Positions 52,481 through 64,000 of a DNA stretch of 64,000 nt are shown here, in pieces. The position numbers were made by a program, and so were the translations under genes. This stretch comes from Octopus bimaculoides (Eukaryota), in assembly GCF_001194135.2 (NCBI RefSeq), contig NC_069007.1:13801157-13865156 (forward strand), written 5' to 3'. The notes under the pieces were generated by a model. It was not told where the DNA came from, did no database searches, and worked only from the letters and a program-made list of their open reading frames with translations. Every line of letters begins with the position of its first letter. Positions within the stretch are counted from its first letter, which is position 1.

Positions 52481-53562
52481 GGTAGTACCGGCATGCTAAA
52501 AAGAACAGTTAAAATGACCAAATCACAAATTTCACTTTTGTGTTTAAATGATAACTTGTGGTTTTGGCTGCTATATTTAGCATGCCGGCACTACCTATTA
52601 GTACACTTAATTATTAATTGATAATTCATATCATTACAGGTTTTTTTTTACATATGCTAAACCACTGATATTATTATAAACAATAATATCCTCATATATA
52701 TTTAAATAATTTTTATTCACTTCGATCACCTTTTTAAATTTGCTGCAGCATTAAAGATAATCAGCTAGCATTCCTGGATGTATTAATACCACGCACCAAG
52801 TATGGATTCAGGATATCTGTATACTGCAAGTTGTCCTTCACTGGACGATACCTTAACTTCAATTCCCACCATCCATACAGTGTAAAGAGAGAAATTACTC
52901 AGTGCCCAAAACATCGAGCAAAGAATATAAGTAGCGATCGTGATACCCACCACGAAGAAATGATCAAGCTCAATAATAATCTATTAAGCAACAACTACCC
53001 CAAAATCATACTATCCACTCCAATTATGAAGAAAAGAGAGGATGAAACCAATAAACTGTCTACAGTCTGTCTACCCTATGTGAAAGGCCTCTCCGAAAAG
53101 ATACGAAAGATATGCGGCCTGTATGACATCAGGACAGTATTCAAAAGTAATACAACACTTCGCAAATATCTCCTTCGAGTAAAGCCACCAATAGAAGAGA
53201 ATATGACCAAACACTGCATGTACTCCATTCCATGCAGCTGTGGTAGGTTATACAAAGGTGAAACATGTCACCCCGTCAAAATAAGGGTAGAGGAACAATG
53301 CTGTGACACGGGGAGATATTGATAAATCGGGTATTACTGGAAACATGGAGACCACTTCCCCCTGTGAGATGAAATTAAAATAATAGACAAAGAACACCAC
53401 TGGAAAATATGAAAACTAAAAGAAGCAGAACATATGCTAGGACACAACAACCTCCTAAGCAGACAGAATGCAGATATGAACAGCATATAGGAACTGGTAT
53501 TAAGGAAGGATAGGAAAATATTAGATTTATAAGCCCTAAAAATTCACTCCATAATTGCCCAC

Positions 53563-53629
53563 GGGCATGTGGGGTAGTGGTTAAGAGCGCAGGCTACTAA
53601 TCCCAAGATTCCGAGTTCAATTCCAGGCA
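53563..53629 (+). ncRNA. tRNA-derived head (Pol III A/B boxes) inside the Penelope-like 3' region; not a functional tRNA
   Basis: A-box-like TAGTGGTTAAG, anticodon-loop-like CTACTAA and B-box-like GAGTTCAATTCC. The T-stem pairs poorly. Followed by (AAT)n. Confidence 0.7.
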
Positions 53630-53700
53630 TTGAATAATAATAATAATAGTTAACATTGAAAAATACCTTAGGAATGAGAACCCAGGTTCGAAATTTCCCC

Positions 53701-53747
53701 AAGACACCAGATGAAGGCTGGAGGATATATCAGCCGAAATGTTAACA
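53701..53747 (+). ncRNA. Degenerate hammerhead ribozyme motif
   Basis: CAGATGA (canonical CUGAUGA with U>A), stem II ggctg/cagcc, GAAA, then the palindrome TGTTAACA. The stem I partner is not recognisable. Confidence 0.6.
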
Positions 53748-54721
53748 ACAAACAAGATGAGGACAAATATCTGTCAAATGTAAATAATGTAAATAATGAG
53801 TTTGCGGATGATTAATGGGTTGGATGGGTGTGAATGAAGGAGCAAAAAATCATGAAATATGGTATATATACACCCGTTACCCATTTTTTATCTTTGATCT
53901 CATCTGACGTATTGGATACAAAACTTTGTAATAAAATCAGAACCAGCTATAATTTCTATAGAGTATCTGTAAAGATAGCCTTAAGAAGTGGTGCTTAAAT
54001 TACATTTAAATCCACCATCATTATGTCTGTCACCAAAGCAAAGTAGCCTGGTTTAATTATAAGCGTAATAATTACAAAAGTGGTATTCATTACAAAAGTG
54101 GATTCAAATATTACTGGTATTTCAACCACCCTGCCCCACTTCTGGTTCTATGATCCAAATTTCCTCCTTTAGAGTAACTTATGTTAAAATTTTCCATTGA
54201 TATTTCATGTTAATTTATGTTCCAAACATCAGCTAAATTCTTCATTACTTTCAAAATTAATTGAAACAAAAATTATGCATTTCTACAGAAATATGCTAAC
54301 AAAAGTACTAAAGTGATTTGAAACAAAACCTGTCAAAATTTCATGCTAATTTATGTTCCAAACAGCAGCTTAATATTGAGAAAATGATTTTAATGAATTC
54401 TTCGTTATTTTAAAAACTAATTGAAACAAAGTCGGTATATTTCAGCAGAAATATGGCAAGAGAATAGTTATTATAATTCCAAAGGTCTAAACCTTTTATT
54501 AATTTTGTGACATAAAGCAAAGCAAATAAAAGAATTATTGGAGTCCTTCAAGGAGGAAACAAAATTCTCTGAGAGAGCTGAAGAAACAATGCCAAAGCAG
54601 ACATAGAACTTGGTACTGCCCTCTGGCTCTTCTCTTCTTCTCAACTCATCCAACCCATGAGAGCAAGGAAGGAAAAGGGCATTAAATGATAATGATGATG
54701 GGGATGCTGTGTGTGTATCTT

Positions 54722-55281
54722 ATTTCTTTTACTTGTTTCAGTCGTTTGACTGTGGCCATACGTGGGCACTGCCTTGTAGAATTATTAGTCGAATGAATAG
54801 ACCCTAGCACTTTGTTTTCTTAAGCTATGTACTTATTCTAGGGGTCATACACAAAACACACACGCACACACACGTATGTATGTATATATATATATATATA
54901 TATNNNNNNNNNNNNNNNNNNNNNNNNNNNNNNNNNNNNNNNNNNNNNNNNNNNNNNNNNNNNNNNNNNNNNNNNNNNNNNNNNNNNNNNNNNNNNNNNN
55001 NNNNNNNNNNNNNNNNNNNNNNNNNNNNNNNNNNNNNNNNNNNNNNNNNNNNNNNNNNNNNNNNNNNNNNNNNNNNNNNNNNNNNNNNNNNNNNNNNNNN
55101 NNNNNNNNNNNNNNNNNNNNNNNNNNNNNNNNNNNNNNNNNNNNNNNNNNNNNNNNNNNNNNNNNNNNNNNNNNNNNNNNNNNNNNNNNNNNNNNNNNNN
55201 NNNNNNNNNNNNNNNNNNNNNNNNNNNNNNNNNNNNNNNNNNNNNNNNNNNNNNNNNNNNNNNNNNNNNNNNNNNNNNNNN

Positions 55282-55317
<36 letters not shown>

Positions 55318-55411
55318 CAAAAAAACAATAACAAAAAAACAAAAAAACAACAAAGTGAGGATGTGATATGGATAGTATTATTGGACGCTCAGGAAAGGAA
55401 AGAGAGAGTGT

Positions 55412-55450
<39 letters not shown>

Positions 55451-55577
55451 GCTTCTTTCAGTTTCCATCTACTAAATCCACTCATAAGGCTTTGGTTAGC
55501 CCAAGGCTATAATGGAAGACTTGCCCAAGGTGCCATGTTGTGGGACTGAACCTGGAACCATGTGGTTGGAAAGCAAG
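54722..55577 (-). mobile_element. SINE family A pieces (54722-54840 tail, 55445-55577 head) across microsatellites and an N-gap
   Basis: Reverse complement motifs; may be one interrupted copy or two copies. Confidence 0.65.
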
Positions 55578-55617
55578 TATGTATGCATGTATGTATATAT
55601 GTTTATGCATATATATG

Positions 55618-55668
<51 letters not shown>

Positions 55669-55742
55669 NNNNNNNNNNNNNNNNNNNNNNNNNNNNNNNN
55701 NNNNNNNNNNNNNNNNNNNNNNNNNNNNNNNNNNNNNNNNNN

Positions 55743-55791
<49 letters not shown>

Positions 55792-55799
55792 GCATATAT

Positions 55800-55830
<31 letters not shown>

Positions 55831-56374
55831 CAGATATACATCTATATATATATATGTATATATATATGCATACACACACACACACATTCATTCACATGCA
55901 CCAGCAGATACATACATTCAGAGTGTTGCTATTTCGTAACTGGCCTCTATTAGACGTGTCACTTATGATATTTTATCCTTGCTAAAAATATAACTTGGTG
56001 AGAACTGTTACGACATTGGGCCAACAAGTCGTGGTAATCGGGACAAAGAACAAACCAGATAAAGGAGACTCCAGCATTGTTACTTAAACACAACTAATTT
56101 GCAAGAGATGGTGACGAGAATGTGTGTGTGTGGTGGGAGGAGAATTCAAGGTTAGCTGACCAGCTGGCTGGTTGGGTGGCTGGTTGGCTGGCTGGTTGGC
56201 TGGCTATGTTAATATATAGAGGTGAATAAGGTGACAAGCTGGTAGAAATGTTAGTATGCCAGGTAAAATGCTTAGTGGCATTTTGTCTGTCTTTATGTTC
56301 TGAGTTCAAGTCTTGCCGAGGTCGATGTTGCCTTTCATCCTTTCAGCAAAATATACGAAGCCCAATATACCCAT

Positions 56375-56990
56375 CATGACTACCCGTCTGATAAGGGTAC
56401 ACCAGGCACATGCATCACAACCATATGTGTGCGACATAGTGATGTCATATCAAAATAAACAGCACATGACCTCGCAGGTGGGGCCCACTTAGAATTTTCT
56501 TCAGGTGGATTAGCCCATCCTGCTCAAAAGGTCCCTGAATAAGGTTTGTTTAAGGATGTTGAGCAAAACACCCATGTTTCCAAAGGTGAATTATTCAAAC
56601 CCCAAAGAATTCCTCTCAACACATGGCCATGATGCTCCCCCACTAATTCTGCTCGTGATCAGAGATGCACATATTGTCAGCTGCTAAGGGACATGCTCAA
56701 CTGGTTAAGGTCAAACAACTGACAAGCAAATCTGTGGTATTGAGCAGAATATTTGCTGTAGTCCATCTTTTATACCAAGACAAAACAATGTACATGAAAA
56801 CACTTTCAATCACTAAAGATGAGAAGCCATGAGAGCCACTGCCTGGTAATGCATCCGGGCATTTATTATTATTATTATTATTATTATTGTTCAGTAGTTT
56901 TATTTTTATAATGTGCTTTCACTTCACTACCGAGCTCAGCTCTGTGCGCCTTGGGTATGTGCTGTGGTTTGCTGTGGTGCTCTTATGNNN
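56375..56990. mobile_element. LINE-like 3' end (+, 56375-56888) ending in (ATT)n, tail-to-tail with a second LINE-like 3' end (-, 56885-56987, runs into a gap)
   Basis: Shared (ATT)n tail. The family (CR1/L2-like) is inferred only. Confidence 0.45.
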
Positions 56991-58189
56991 NNNNNNNNNN
57001 NNNNNNNNNNNNNNNNNNNNNNNNNNNNNNNNNNNNNNNNNNNNNNNNNNNNNNNNNNNNNNNNNNNNNNNNNNNNNNNNNNNNNNNNNNNNNNNNNNNN
57101 NNNNNNNNNNNNNNNNNNNNNNNNNNNNNNNNNNNNNNNNNNNNNNNNNNNNNNNNNNNNNNNNNNNNNNNNNNNNNNNNNNNNNNNNNNNNNNNNNNNN
57201 NNNNNNNNNNNNNNNNNNNNNNNNNNNNNNNNNNNNNNNNNNNNNNNNNNNNNNNNNNNNNNNNNNNNNNNNNNNNNNNNNNNNNNNNNNNNNNNNNNNN
57301 NNNNNNNNNNNNNNNNNNNNNNNNNNNNNNNNNNNNNNNNNNNNNNNNNNNNNNNNNNNNNNNNNNNNNNNNNNNNNNNNNNNNNNNNNNNNNNNNNNNN
57401 NNNNNNNNNNNNNNNNNNNNNNNNNNNNNNNNNNNNNNNNNNNNNNNNNNNNNNNNNNNNNNNNNNNNNNNNNNNNNNNNNNNNNNNNNNNNNNNNNNNN
57501 NNNNNNNNNNNNNNNNNNNNNNNNNNNNNNNNNNNNNNNNNNNNNNNNNNNNNNNNNNNNNNNNNNNNNNNNNNNNNNNNNNNNNNNNNNNNNNNNNNNN
57601 NNNNNNNNNNNNNNNNNNNNNNNNNNNNNNNNNNNNNNNNNNNNNNNNNNNNNNNNNNNNNNNNNNNNNNNNNNNNNNNNNNNNNNNNNNNNNNNNNNNN
57701 NTAAAAGCACAATAAATGAGTATAATATAAAGTAAAGTGAATATCATAAGATAAATATAATAAAAAGATTACACGTGTTTCATAACTAATTTTCAAATAG
57801 AAAAGAAATTTAAATCGATTAAAATCAATTGAAATTATCGAAAATAAATTCTATTCAAAAATATAGCTACTCGTCAGATCGTAAGTAGAACAATAATTAG
57901 ATATATATATCTCAACCAACAATAAGTACCAAATGAATTAATATGAAATACTTATTATATAAAGATAGAAAAATTATTAAAAATATCATAATATCAAAAT
58001 AATAACAATTCAATAATCATGTATGTATATATACATATATCGATGTGTCTCTGTATATGTGTGTGTATGTGTGAGTGTGAATATATGTATATATGTATCA
58101 TGTATATGTGTATATGTATGTATATAGAATAGCTGTTTCTCAGTTTGTTTGCCATGCATCGATGTGTGTGTACCTGTAAGTGTATCATC

Positions 58190-58550
58190 ATCATAAACAT
58201 CATCATTTAATGTCCATTTTCCATGTTGGCATGGGTTGAACAGTTTGTCAGGAGCTAGTAAGGCCAGGGGGCCACACCAGGCTCCATTGTCTGTTCTGGC
58301 ATGGTTTCCATGGCTGGATACCTTTCCTAACACCAACCACTCCACAGAGTGCACAGGGTGCCTTTTATGCGGCACCAGCACTGGTATCAATTCTGCTGTG
58401 GCAGACGGGTCTTCTTGAGTACAGCAAGGTTTAAGGACATCTTGATCTTTTGTCATCTCCTTTGTAAGGCTCAGTGTTTTGAGATCGACCCTCAATACTT
58501 TGTCCCATGTCTTCTTGGGTCTCTTCCTCAAGCTCCATCCATTTTAAGTG
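58190..58550 (-). mobile_element. RTE-type LINE 3' end
   Basis: RPKKTWDKVLRVDLKTLSLTKEMTKDQD (ORF2 end), 3' UTR and tail. Confidence 0.8.
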
Positions 58551-58558
58551 ATCAGTAC

Positions 58559-58589
<31 letters not shown>

Positions 58590-58879
58590 AGTGTGAATCT
58601 ATATATGCATGTATCTAAGTATATATGTGCGCATGTAAGTATGTATGTATGCATGTATGTCTGAATTTGCTGTTAGTTTATTTACCATGCTTCTCAAACA
58701 CAGGACTGTGTGTGGGTGTGTGGGTGTATGTGTGCATATATGTGTGAATGTTAATGCATGTATGCATGTTTGTAAGTATGTATACGTACATTTAAGTATG
58801 TATGTATATACGTATGCATGTATGTATGAATTTGCTGTTCCTCAGTTTATTTGCAATGCTTCTCAAATACAGGACTCCA

Positions 58880-59150
58880 AAAAACCACTTCAGGAGTCGT
58901 GTAGACAACCTCCTAACGGGTTATGCTTAATTCATTATCACAAATCTGCTTATAAGTGATGCATGTGGCAAAGTCAGTAAGAGCCACTCCAAACTCATGG
59001 AACATTTAAAAAGCCATGATGATCCTCAAGCCATAAACACAGATTTAGTTTGAAGTCTTTGTGTCACAATCTGTAAGCCTCTCACTGGCTTCATGAGTCA
59101 CTGTCGATCTCACGGTCATAGGAACAATCAGTCATAAGTCAACCTGCCAA
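58880..59150 (+). mobile_element. Decayed LINE C-terminal zinc-finger fragment
   Basis: Broken C2H2-like ending ICKPLTGFMSHCRSHG..NQS*. Confidence 0.4.
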
Positions 59151-59494
59151 CGATGGTCATGCTTGGTTAATGAGTAGACAGTCATCATGAATTTATGTGT
59201 ATATTTATGCACGCTCTTTCAAAATCTGTCTTGCGATTCTTTCCTGCAACATTCCAATCCCATGTCTGCAGTGTCAGAGCTGTTCCCTTTTAGTGCAGAG
59301 AAATTGCAGCTCAACCTGGAGAAACTTCCTGATCCCTGAGTTACAGACTTTATTAAGTAACATTGCTCTTGAGATCCTTGGGTGGAAACATATTTCAATT
59401 GCTGATTTTCACATTCCTGTGTTGCCTTGAATGATTTCTTTGAGAATTTATTCTAACTTCCAAGTATAGCTTTGGTTAAGTTATACATAAAAAT

Positions 59495-59770
59495 AGGTGT
59501 GTGGCTCAGTGGAGTTCGATTCCCAGACCTGGTTGTGTTCTTGAACAAGATATTTTATTTCATGTTCCAATTCACTCAGCTGTAGAAATGAGTTGCGATG
59601 TCACTGGTGCCAAGCTGTATCGGTCTTTGCCTTCCTCTTGGATAATGTCAGTGGTGTGGAGAGGGGAGCTGGCATACATGAGCAACTGCTGGTCTTCCAT
59701 TATCAATCTTGCACAGACTTGTGCATCAGAGGGAAGCTTTCTGGGTGCAATCTCATAGTCATTCATGTCT
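59495..59770 (+). mobile_element. SINE family C
   Basis: Reverse complement of 52125-52480. Confidence 0.75.
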
Positions 59771-59854
59771 GAAGGGGGTCTTTACCTTTTTACAAAAAAA
59801 AAAAAAAAATAACCACAAACAAGAGTAAAAAAAAAAAAAGGTAAAGTTACTTTC

Positions 59855-60080
59855 TTATTTCTTTATTGCCCACAAGGGGCTAAACATAGAGGGGACAAAC
59901 AAGGACAGACAAAGGGATTAAGTCGATTACAGTGCATAACTGGTATTTAATTTATCGACCCCGAAAGGATAAAAGGCAAAGTCGACCTCAGCGGAATTTG
60001 AACTCAGAACGTAACAGCAGACAAAATACCGCTAAGCATTTTGCCCAGCGTGCTAACGATTCTGCCAGCTCGCCGCCTTA
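59855..60080 (-). mobile_element. SINE family B
   Basis: Reverse complement of the same core. Other copies or fragments at ~11795-12140, 27420-27620, 31455-31560, 34225-34300, 36020-36150 (all -) and 43680-43800, 56225-56345 (+). Confidence 0.8.
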
Positions 60081-60611
60081 CTTTCTGAAGTCGTGCTGAC
60101 CCACAAGGGCTGGTTTCCCAGTTTCCAGGTTTCCATGGTGCTTAAATCTCCCACCTGGACAGGATGCCGGTTCGTTGCAGGATAACTCATTTTTGCCAGT
60201 TCAGTGAACTGGAGCAATGTGAAGTGAAGTGCTTTGCTCCAGAACACAATGCCTCACCCAGTCCTGGAATTGAAACCACTATCTCACAATCATGAGCCCA
60301 ACACTCTGACTCCTAAGCCACACACCTCCACACAAACAAGAGCATGCATCAATCATCTACACTGAGAGCAAGGAATATGATTGGCCATTTAAGCTCAGAT
60401 CTCCTTTGCTGCCTAACCGGAAGTCCCTTCTCTGCGGACCAGCTCGATAACTAGTCTGCAGTGAAGATCCCTGTCTACAAGTCATCTGATATGGATTCAT
60501 GTGCAATGCTCTACACCAGTGTATTTCCTAATACTTTCAAAGATTTTTCTTTTTCTTTATTGCATTCCTGAAATTAGCCAGAAGAATGTTCTTTCCTGTT
60601 ACAGCTGTACT

Positions 60612-61461
60612 TTAATCCTTCAGCATTTAAACTGACCAAATCCGACAAAAATAGTTTATTTGTTTTTGGTTCAAACCAGCCAGATTCTGCCTCTCACACT
60701 TAACCTACAATGTCATTCTAAAAATAAACAGTCACATCATCAAAATCTCAAAGTTACATGATTAATTCAAAATGATTAATTTTGATGGAATAATCTGAAT
60801 GCTAAAAGGTTAAATACTCTCCCTGTTTTATGTTCAAACCAACCAGATCTGGCCTCTCACACCTACCTTACAATGTCATTCAAAAATAAACAATCACATC
60901 ATCAATATTATCTACTTTTCCTCTTATGCAAACTGTCAAACTTAGCCTGAACATCCTGTACATGGATTATAGATATATGGGTATTATCATCATCATTCTC
61001 TTTGCACACTTGAAAGATGAAACAAACGGAATATTTAGGCCAAATATGGCCAGTTTAACCCCTCAGCGTTCAGATTTCTCTGTCAAATGTAATGCTTATT
61101 TATTCACATTATTTTCAAGCGATCATGCATTATCTTATAGCTTCAAGATTCTGATGATGTGAGACATTGTAGAGTAAGTGTGAGAGGTCAAATCTAGCCA
61201 TTTTGAACACTTGGGCTGGATATGGCCAGTTTAACCCCATAGCATTCATATTATTCTGTCAAATGTAATGCTAATTTATTCACATTGCTTTGAATTAATC
61301 ATGCATTATCTCATAGCTTTGAGATTCTGATGATGTGAATGTTTATTTTCAGAATGACATTGTAGGCTAGGTGTGAGGAACCTGATCTGACCAGTTGGGA
61401 TATAAAACAGGTAGAATAATATTTGGGCCAGTTATGGCTAGTTTAAATGCTAAAGGGTTCA
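60612..61461. mobile_element. Cluster of piggyBac-type MITE copies (one full, one partial, and a head-to-tail concatemer)
   Basis: Full copy at 60612-60812, partial at 60823-60905, concatemer at 61025-61461 joined at TTAA 61055 and 61231. Confidence 0.8.
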
Positions 61462-61528
61462 ATGTTACAGGGTTATTGTTCTCCATTTTCCATCTGCTGT
61501 CATTCATTAATTGATATTATGCTCTGCA

Positions 61529-62123
61529 AGGTAACGAGCTGGCAGAAACATTTGTCTGTCTTTATGTTCTGAGTTCAGATTTCACCGAGGTTGACTTTGC
61601 CTTTCATCATTTTGGGGTCGATAAATTAAGAACCAGTTGCGTACTGAGGGCGATCTAACCAACTGGCCACTCCCCCAAAATTTTGAACCTTGTGCCTAGA
61701 ATACAAAAGAATATTTCCAAGCTATAAGGCGGCGAGCTGGCCAAGTGTTTAACGGGATTTCCTCTGCCTTTTTGTTCTGAGTTCAAATTTCACGCAGGTC
61801 GACTTTGCCTTTCTCCTTTCAGGGTTGATAAATTAAGTACCAGTTGCATACTGGTTGATTTAATCGACTGGCCCCCTCCCACAAAATTTCAGGCCTTGTG
61901 CCTCGAGAAGAGAGGAATATTTCCAAGCTATAAGGTGGCGAGCGGGTCAAGTATTTAGCAGCATTTCATCTGCTTTTGTGATATGAATTCAAATTCTGCC
62001 AAGGTCGACCTTGCCTTTCATCCTTTCAGGGTCGATAAATTAAGTACCAGTTACGTACTGAGGTCAATCTAATCGACTTGTCCCCCTCCCAAAATTTCAG
62101 GCTTTGTGCCAAGAGTAGAAAAG
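61529..62123 (+). mobile_element. Tandem trimer of SINE family B (core gtcgactttgcctttcatcctttcggggtcgataaattaagtaccag; Deu/Nin-domain-like) with a 16-bp outer TSD
   Basis: Three units. GATATTATGCTCTGCA occurs at 61513-61528 and 62124-62139. The domain name is from memory of the family and needs checking. Confidence 0.85.
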
Positions 62124-62255
62124 GATATTATGCTCTGCACTCTCCTGACACTTGGCTCTTAAACAGAAGCCTTTTAAATCTTAATATCTAGTTATTAGTA
62201 TCACTACACCTCAGTGAAATCATAAAATGTGTGACATGTATGATACATAATATAT

Positions 62256-62292
<37 letters not shown>

Positions 62293-63206
62293 NNNNNNNN
62301 NNNNNNNNNNNNNNNNNNNNNNNNNNNNNNNNNNNNNNNNNNNNNNNNNNNNNNNNNNNNNNNNNNNNNNNNNNNNNNNNNNNNNNNNNNNNNNNNNNNN
62401 NNNNNNNNNNNNNNNNNNNNNNNNNNNNNNNNNNNNNNNNNNNNNNNNNNNNNNNNNNNNNNNNNNNNNNNNNNNNNNNNNNNNNNNNNNNNNNNNNNNN
62501 NNNNNNNNNNNNNNNNNNNNNNNNNNNNNNNNNNNNNNNNNNNNNNNNNNNNNNNNNNNNNNNNNNNNNNNNNNNNNNNNNNNNNNNNNNNNNNNNNNNN
62601 NNNNNNNNNNNNNNNNNNNNNNNNNNNNNNNNNNNNNNNNNNNNNNNNNNNNNNNNNNNNNNNNNNNNNNNNNNNNNNNNNNNNNNNNNNNNNNNNNNNN
62701 NNNNNNNNNNNNNNNNNNNNNNNNNNNNNNNNNNNNNNNNNNNNNNNNNNNNNNNNNNNNNNNNNNNNNNNNNNNNNNNNNNNNNNNNNNNNNNNNNNNN
62801 NNNNNNNNNNNNNNNNNNNNNNNNNNNNNNNNNNNNNNNNNNNNNNNNNNNNNNNNNNNNNNNNNNNNNNNNNNNNNNNNNNNNNNNNNNNNNNNNNNNN
62901 NNNNNNNNNNNNNNNNNNNNNNNNNNNNNNNNNNNNNNNNNNNNNNNNNNNNNNNNNNNNNNNNNNNNNNNNNNNNNNNNNNNNNNNNNNNNNNNNNNNN
63001 NNNNNNNNNNNNNNNNNNNNNNNNNNNNNNNNNNNNNNNNNNNNNNNNNNNNNNNNNNNNNNNNNNNNNNNNNNNNNNNNNNNNNNNNNNNNNNNNNNNN
63101 NNNNNNNNNNNNNNNNNNNNNNNNNNNNNNNNNNNNNNNNNNNNNNNNNNNNNNNNNNNNNNNNNNNNNNNNNNNNNNNNNNNNNNNNNNNNNNNNNNNN
63201 NNNNNN

Positions 63207-63256
<50 letters not shown>

Positions 63257-63305
63257 TGATACATACAAAGTCATAGATTATACTTTCCTCTCAGTATTCT
63301 TTACC

Positions 63306-63486
63306 TAGGGTTTTAAGGTCAGGGTTAGGGTTTAGGGTTACAGTTTAGGGTTACGGTTACGGTTAGGGTTAGGATTAGTGTTACGGTTACGGTTTTAGGG
63401 TCAGGGTTAAGGTTTTAGGGTTAGGGTTAGGGTTTAGGGTTAGTGTTAGGGTTAGTGTTAGGATTAGGTTTAGCATTAGGGTTGGG
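63306..63486 (+). repeat. Degenerate interstitial telomere-like (TTAGGG)n tract
   Basis: About 30 hexamer-like units: TTAGGG with variants TTACGG, TTAGTG, TCAGGG, TTTAGGG. Confidence 0.92.
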
Positions 63487-64000
63487 AAATCGTGCGGGTG
63501 TTAATCTGAAAAATTACAGATATGTGACCTCCCATCTATTATAACTTTTGTTGTTCTGTTTAATATATACATAGATTATACCTCCATAGAAGAGAGTTTG
63601 CTGGGGAAAGAAAGCAACTGGTTTAAAATGACAGCCACAGACTGCAGCAATTCACCACATTCCAGAAGCCACTTTGAACATAATGCAAAATGGTGCATCA
63701 ACATCTTCTGCCCAATCTGATACAATTCTGGCAAAACTGTGTAGCAACAGATTGCCAGCAATTGCTTCATCACAAATTGCCATCCTAGCTCTTGCGAAAA
63801 GGGATTACCCTGCTATGTATAATCAGGGCAGCGCAAAAAGTTGTTTTGCACAAGCATTTCTATAGCCAATTAAACGGATGAAATTTACGTACGCTTAATA
63901 ATGTTACACAAAACAGCCTTCAGACTTTCCCTATTAATTTCATCATCTTTTGAATTATGAACATATTTACATCATAAGGGTTTTTTCGTTGTAAGGCTTT

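Larger units (their letters stand above)
52753..53797 (+). mobile_element. Penelope-like retroelement, 3' part (RT thumb + GIY-YIG endonuclease) with terminal non-coding cassette
   Basis: LAFLDVLI..TGRYLNFNSHHP (RT end), LPYVKGLSEKI (linker) and MYSIPCSCGRLYKGET (GIY-YIG with Cys motif). Degenerate, with stops and frameshifts after ~53290. Confidence 0.9.

Noticed and set aside
53563-53629. Functional tRNA gene (also the SINE heads at 1015, 7040, 59495 etc.)
   Set aside because: Acceptor and T stems do not pair properly, and the heads run into repeat bodies.
54160-54480. Two similar ~130-bp segments
   Set aside because: Fragments of a dispersed MITE also seen at ~22380-22580; ordinary TE debris.
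11412-63308. Longest ORFs in the track (e.g. 45159-45821, 56887-57735, 62188-63264)
   Set aside because: They consist of X residues from N-gaps and dinucleotide repeats, not coding sequence.

Overview
AT-rich, repeat-dense eukaryotic genomic DNA with many N-gaps and (TA)n/(CA)n/(GA)n microsatellites. The SINE, MITE and RTE families look like those of an octopus (coleoid cephalopod); this is inferred from repeat recognition, not proven. No long protein-coding ORF is present, and nearly all tracked ORFs are microsatellite, N-gap or transposon artefacts. The best-supported host feature is the 5' end of a minus-strand gene. It has a 113-nt exon (17028-17140) ending ATG CCA AAA CCG|GTAAGT (MPKP, phase 0), which matches the first coding exon of ezrin/radixin/moesin genes. 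A candidate non-coding first exon with Inr- and DPE-like elements lies 22 kb upstream (39321-39380), next to a ~3 kb GA-rich tract. A candidate 21-nt microexon or alternative first exon lies at 13597. The rest is transposable elements: tRNA-derived SINEs, RTE LINE 3' ends, two Tc1/mariner relics, hAT and piggyBac-type MITEs, Penelope-like remnants carrying hammerhead ribozyme motifs, and an interstitial telomere-like tract. The most novel-looking signals are a near-canonical minimal hammerhead (51601-51690) and a tRNA-head plus hammerhead cassette at the end of a Penelope-like element (53563-53797). All analysis was by eye; nothing was searched or computed with tools. Most repeat boundaries are approximate.
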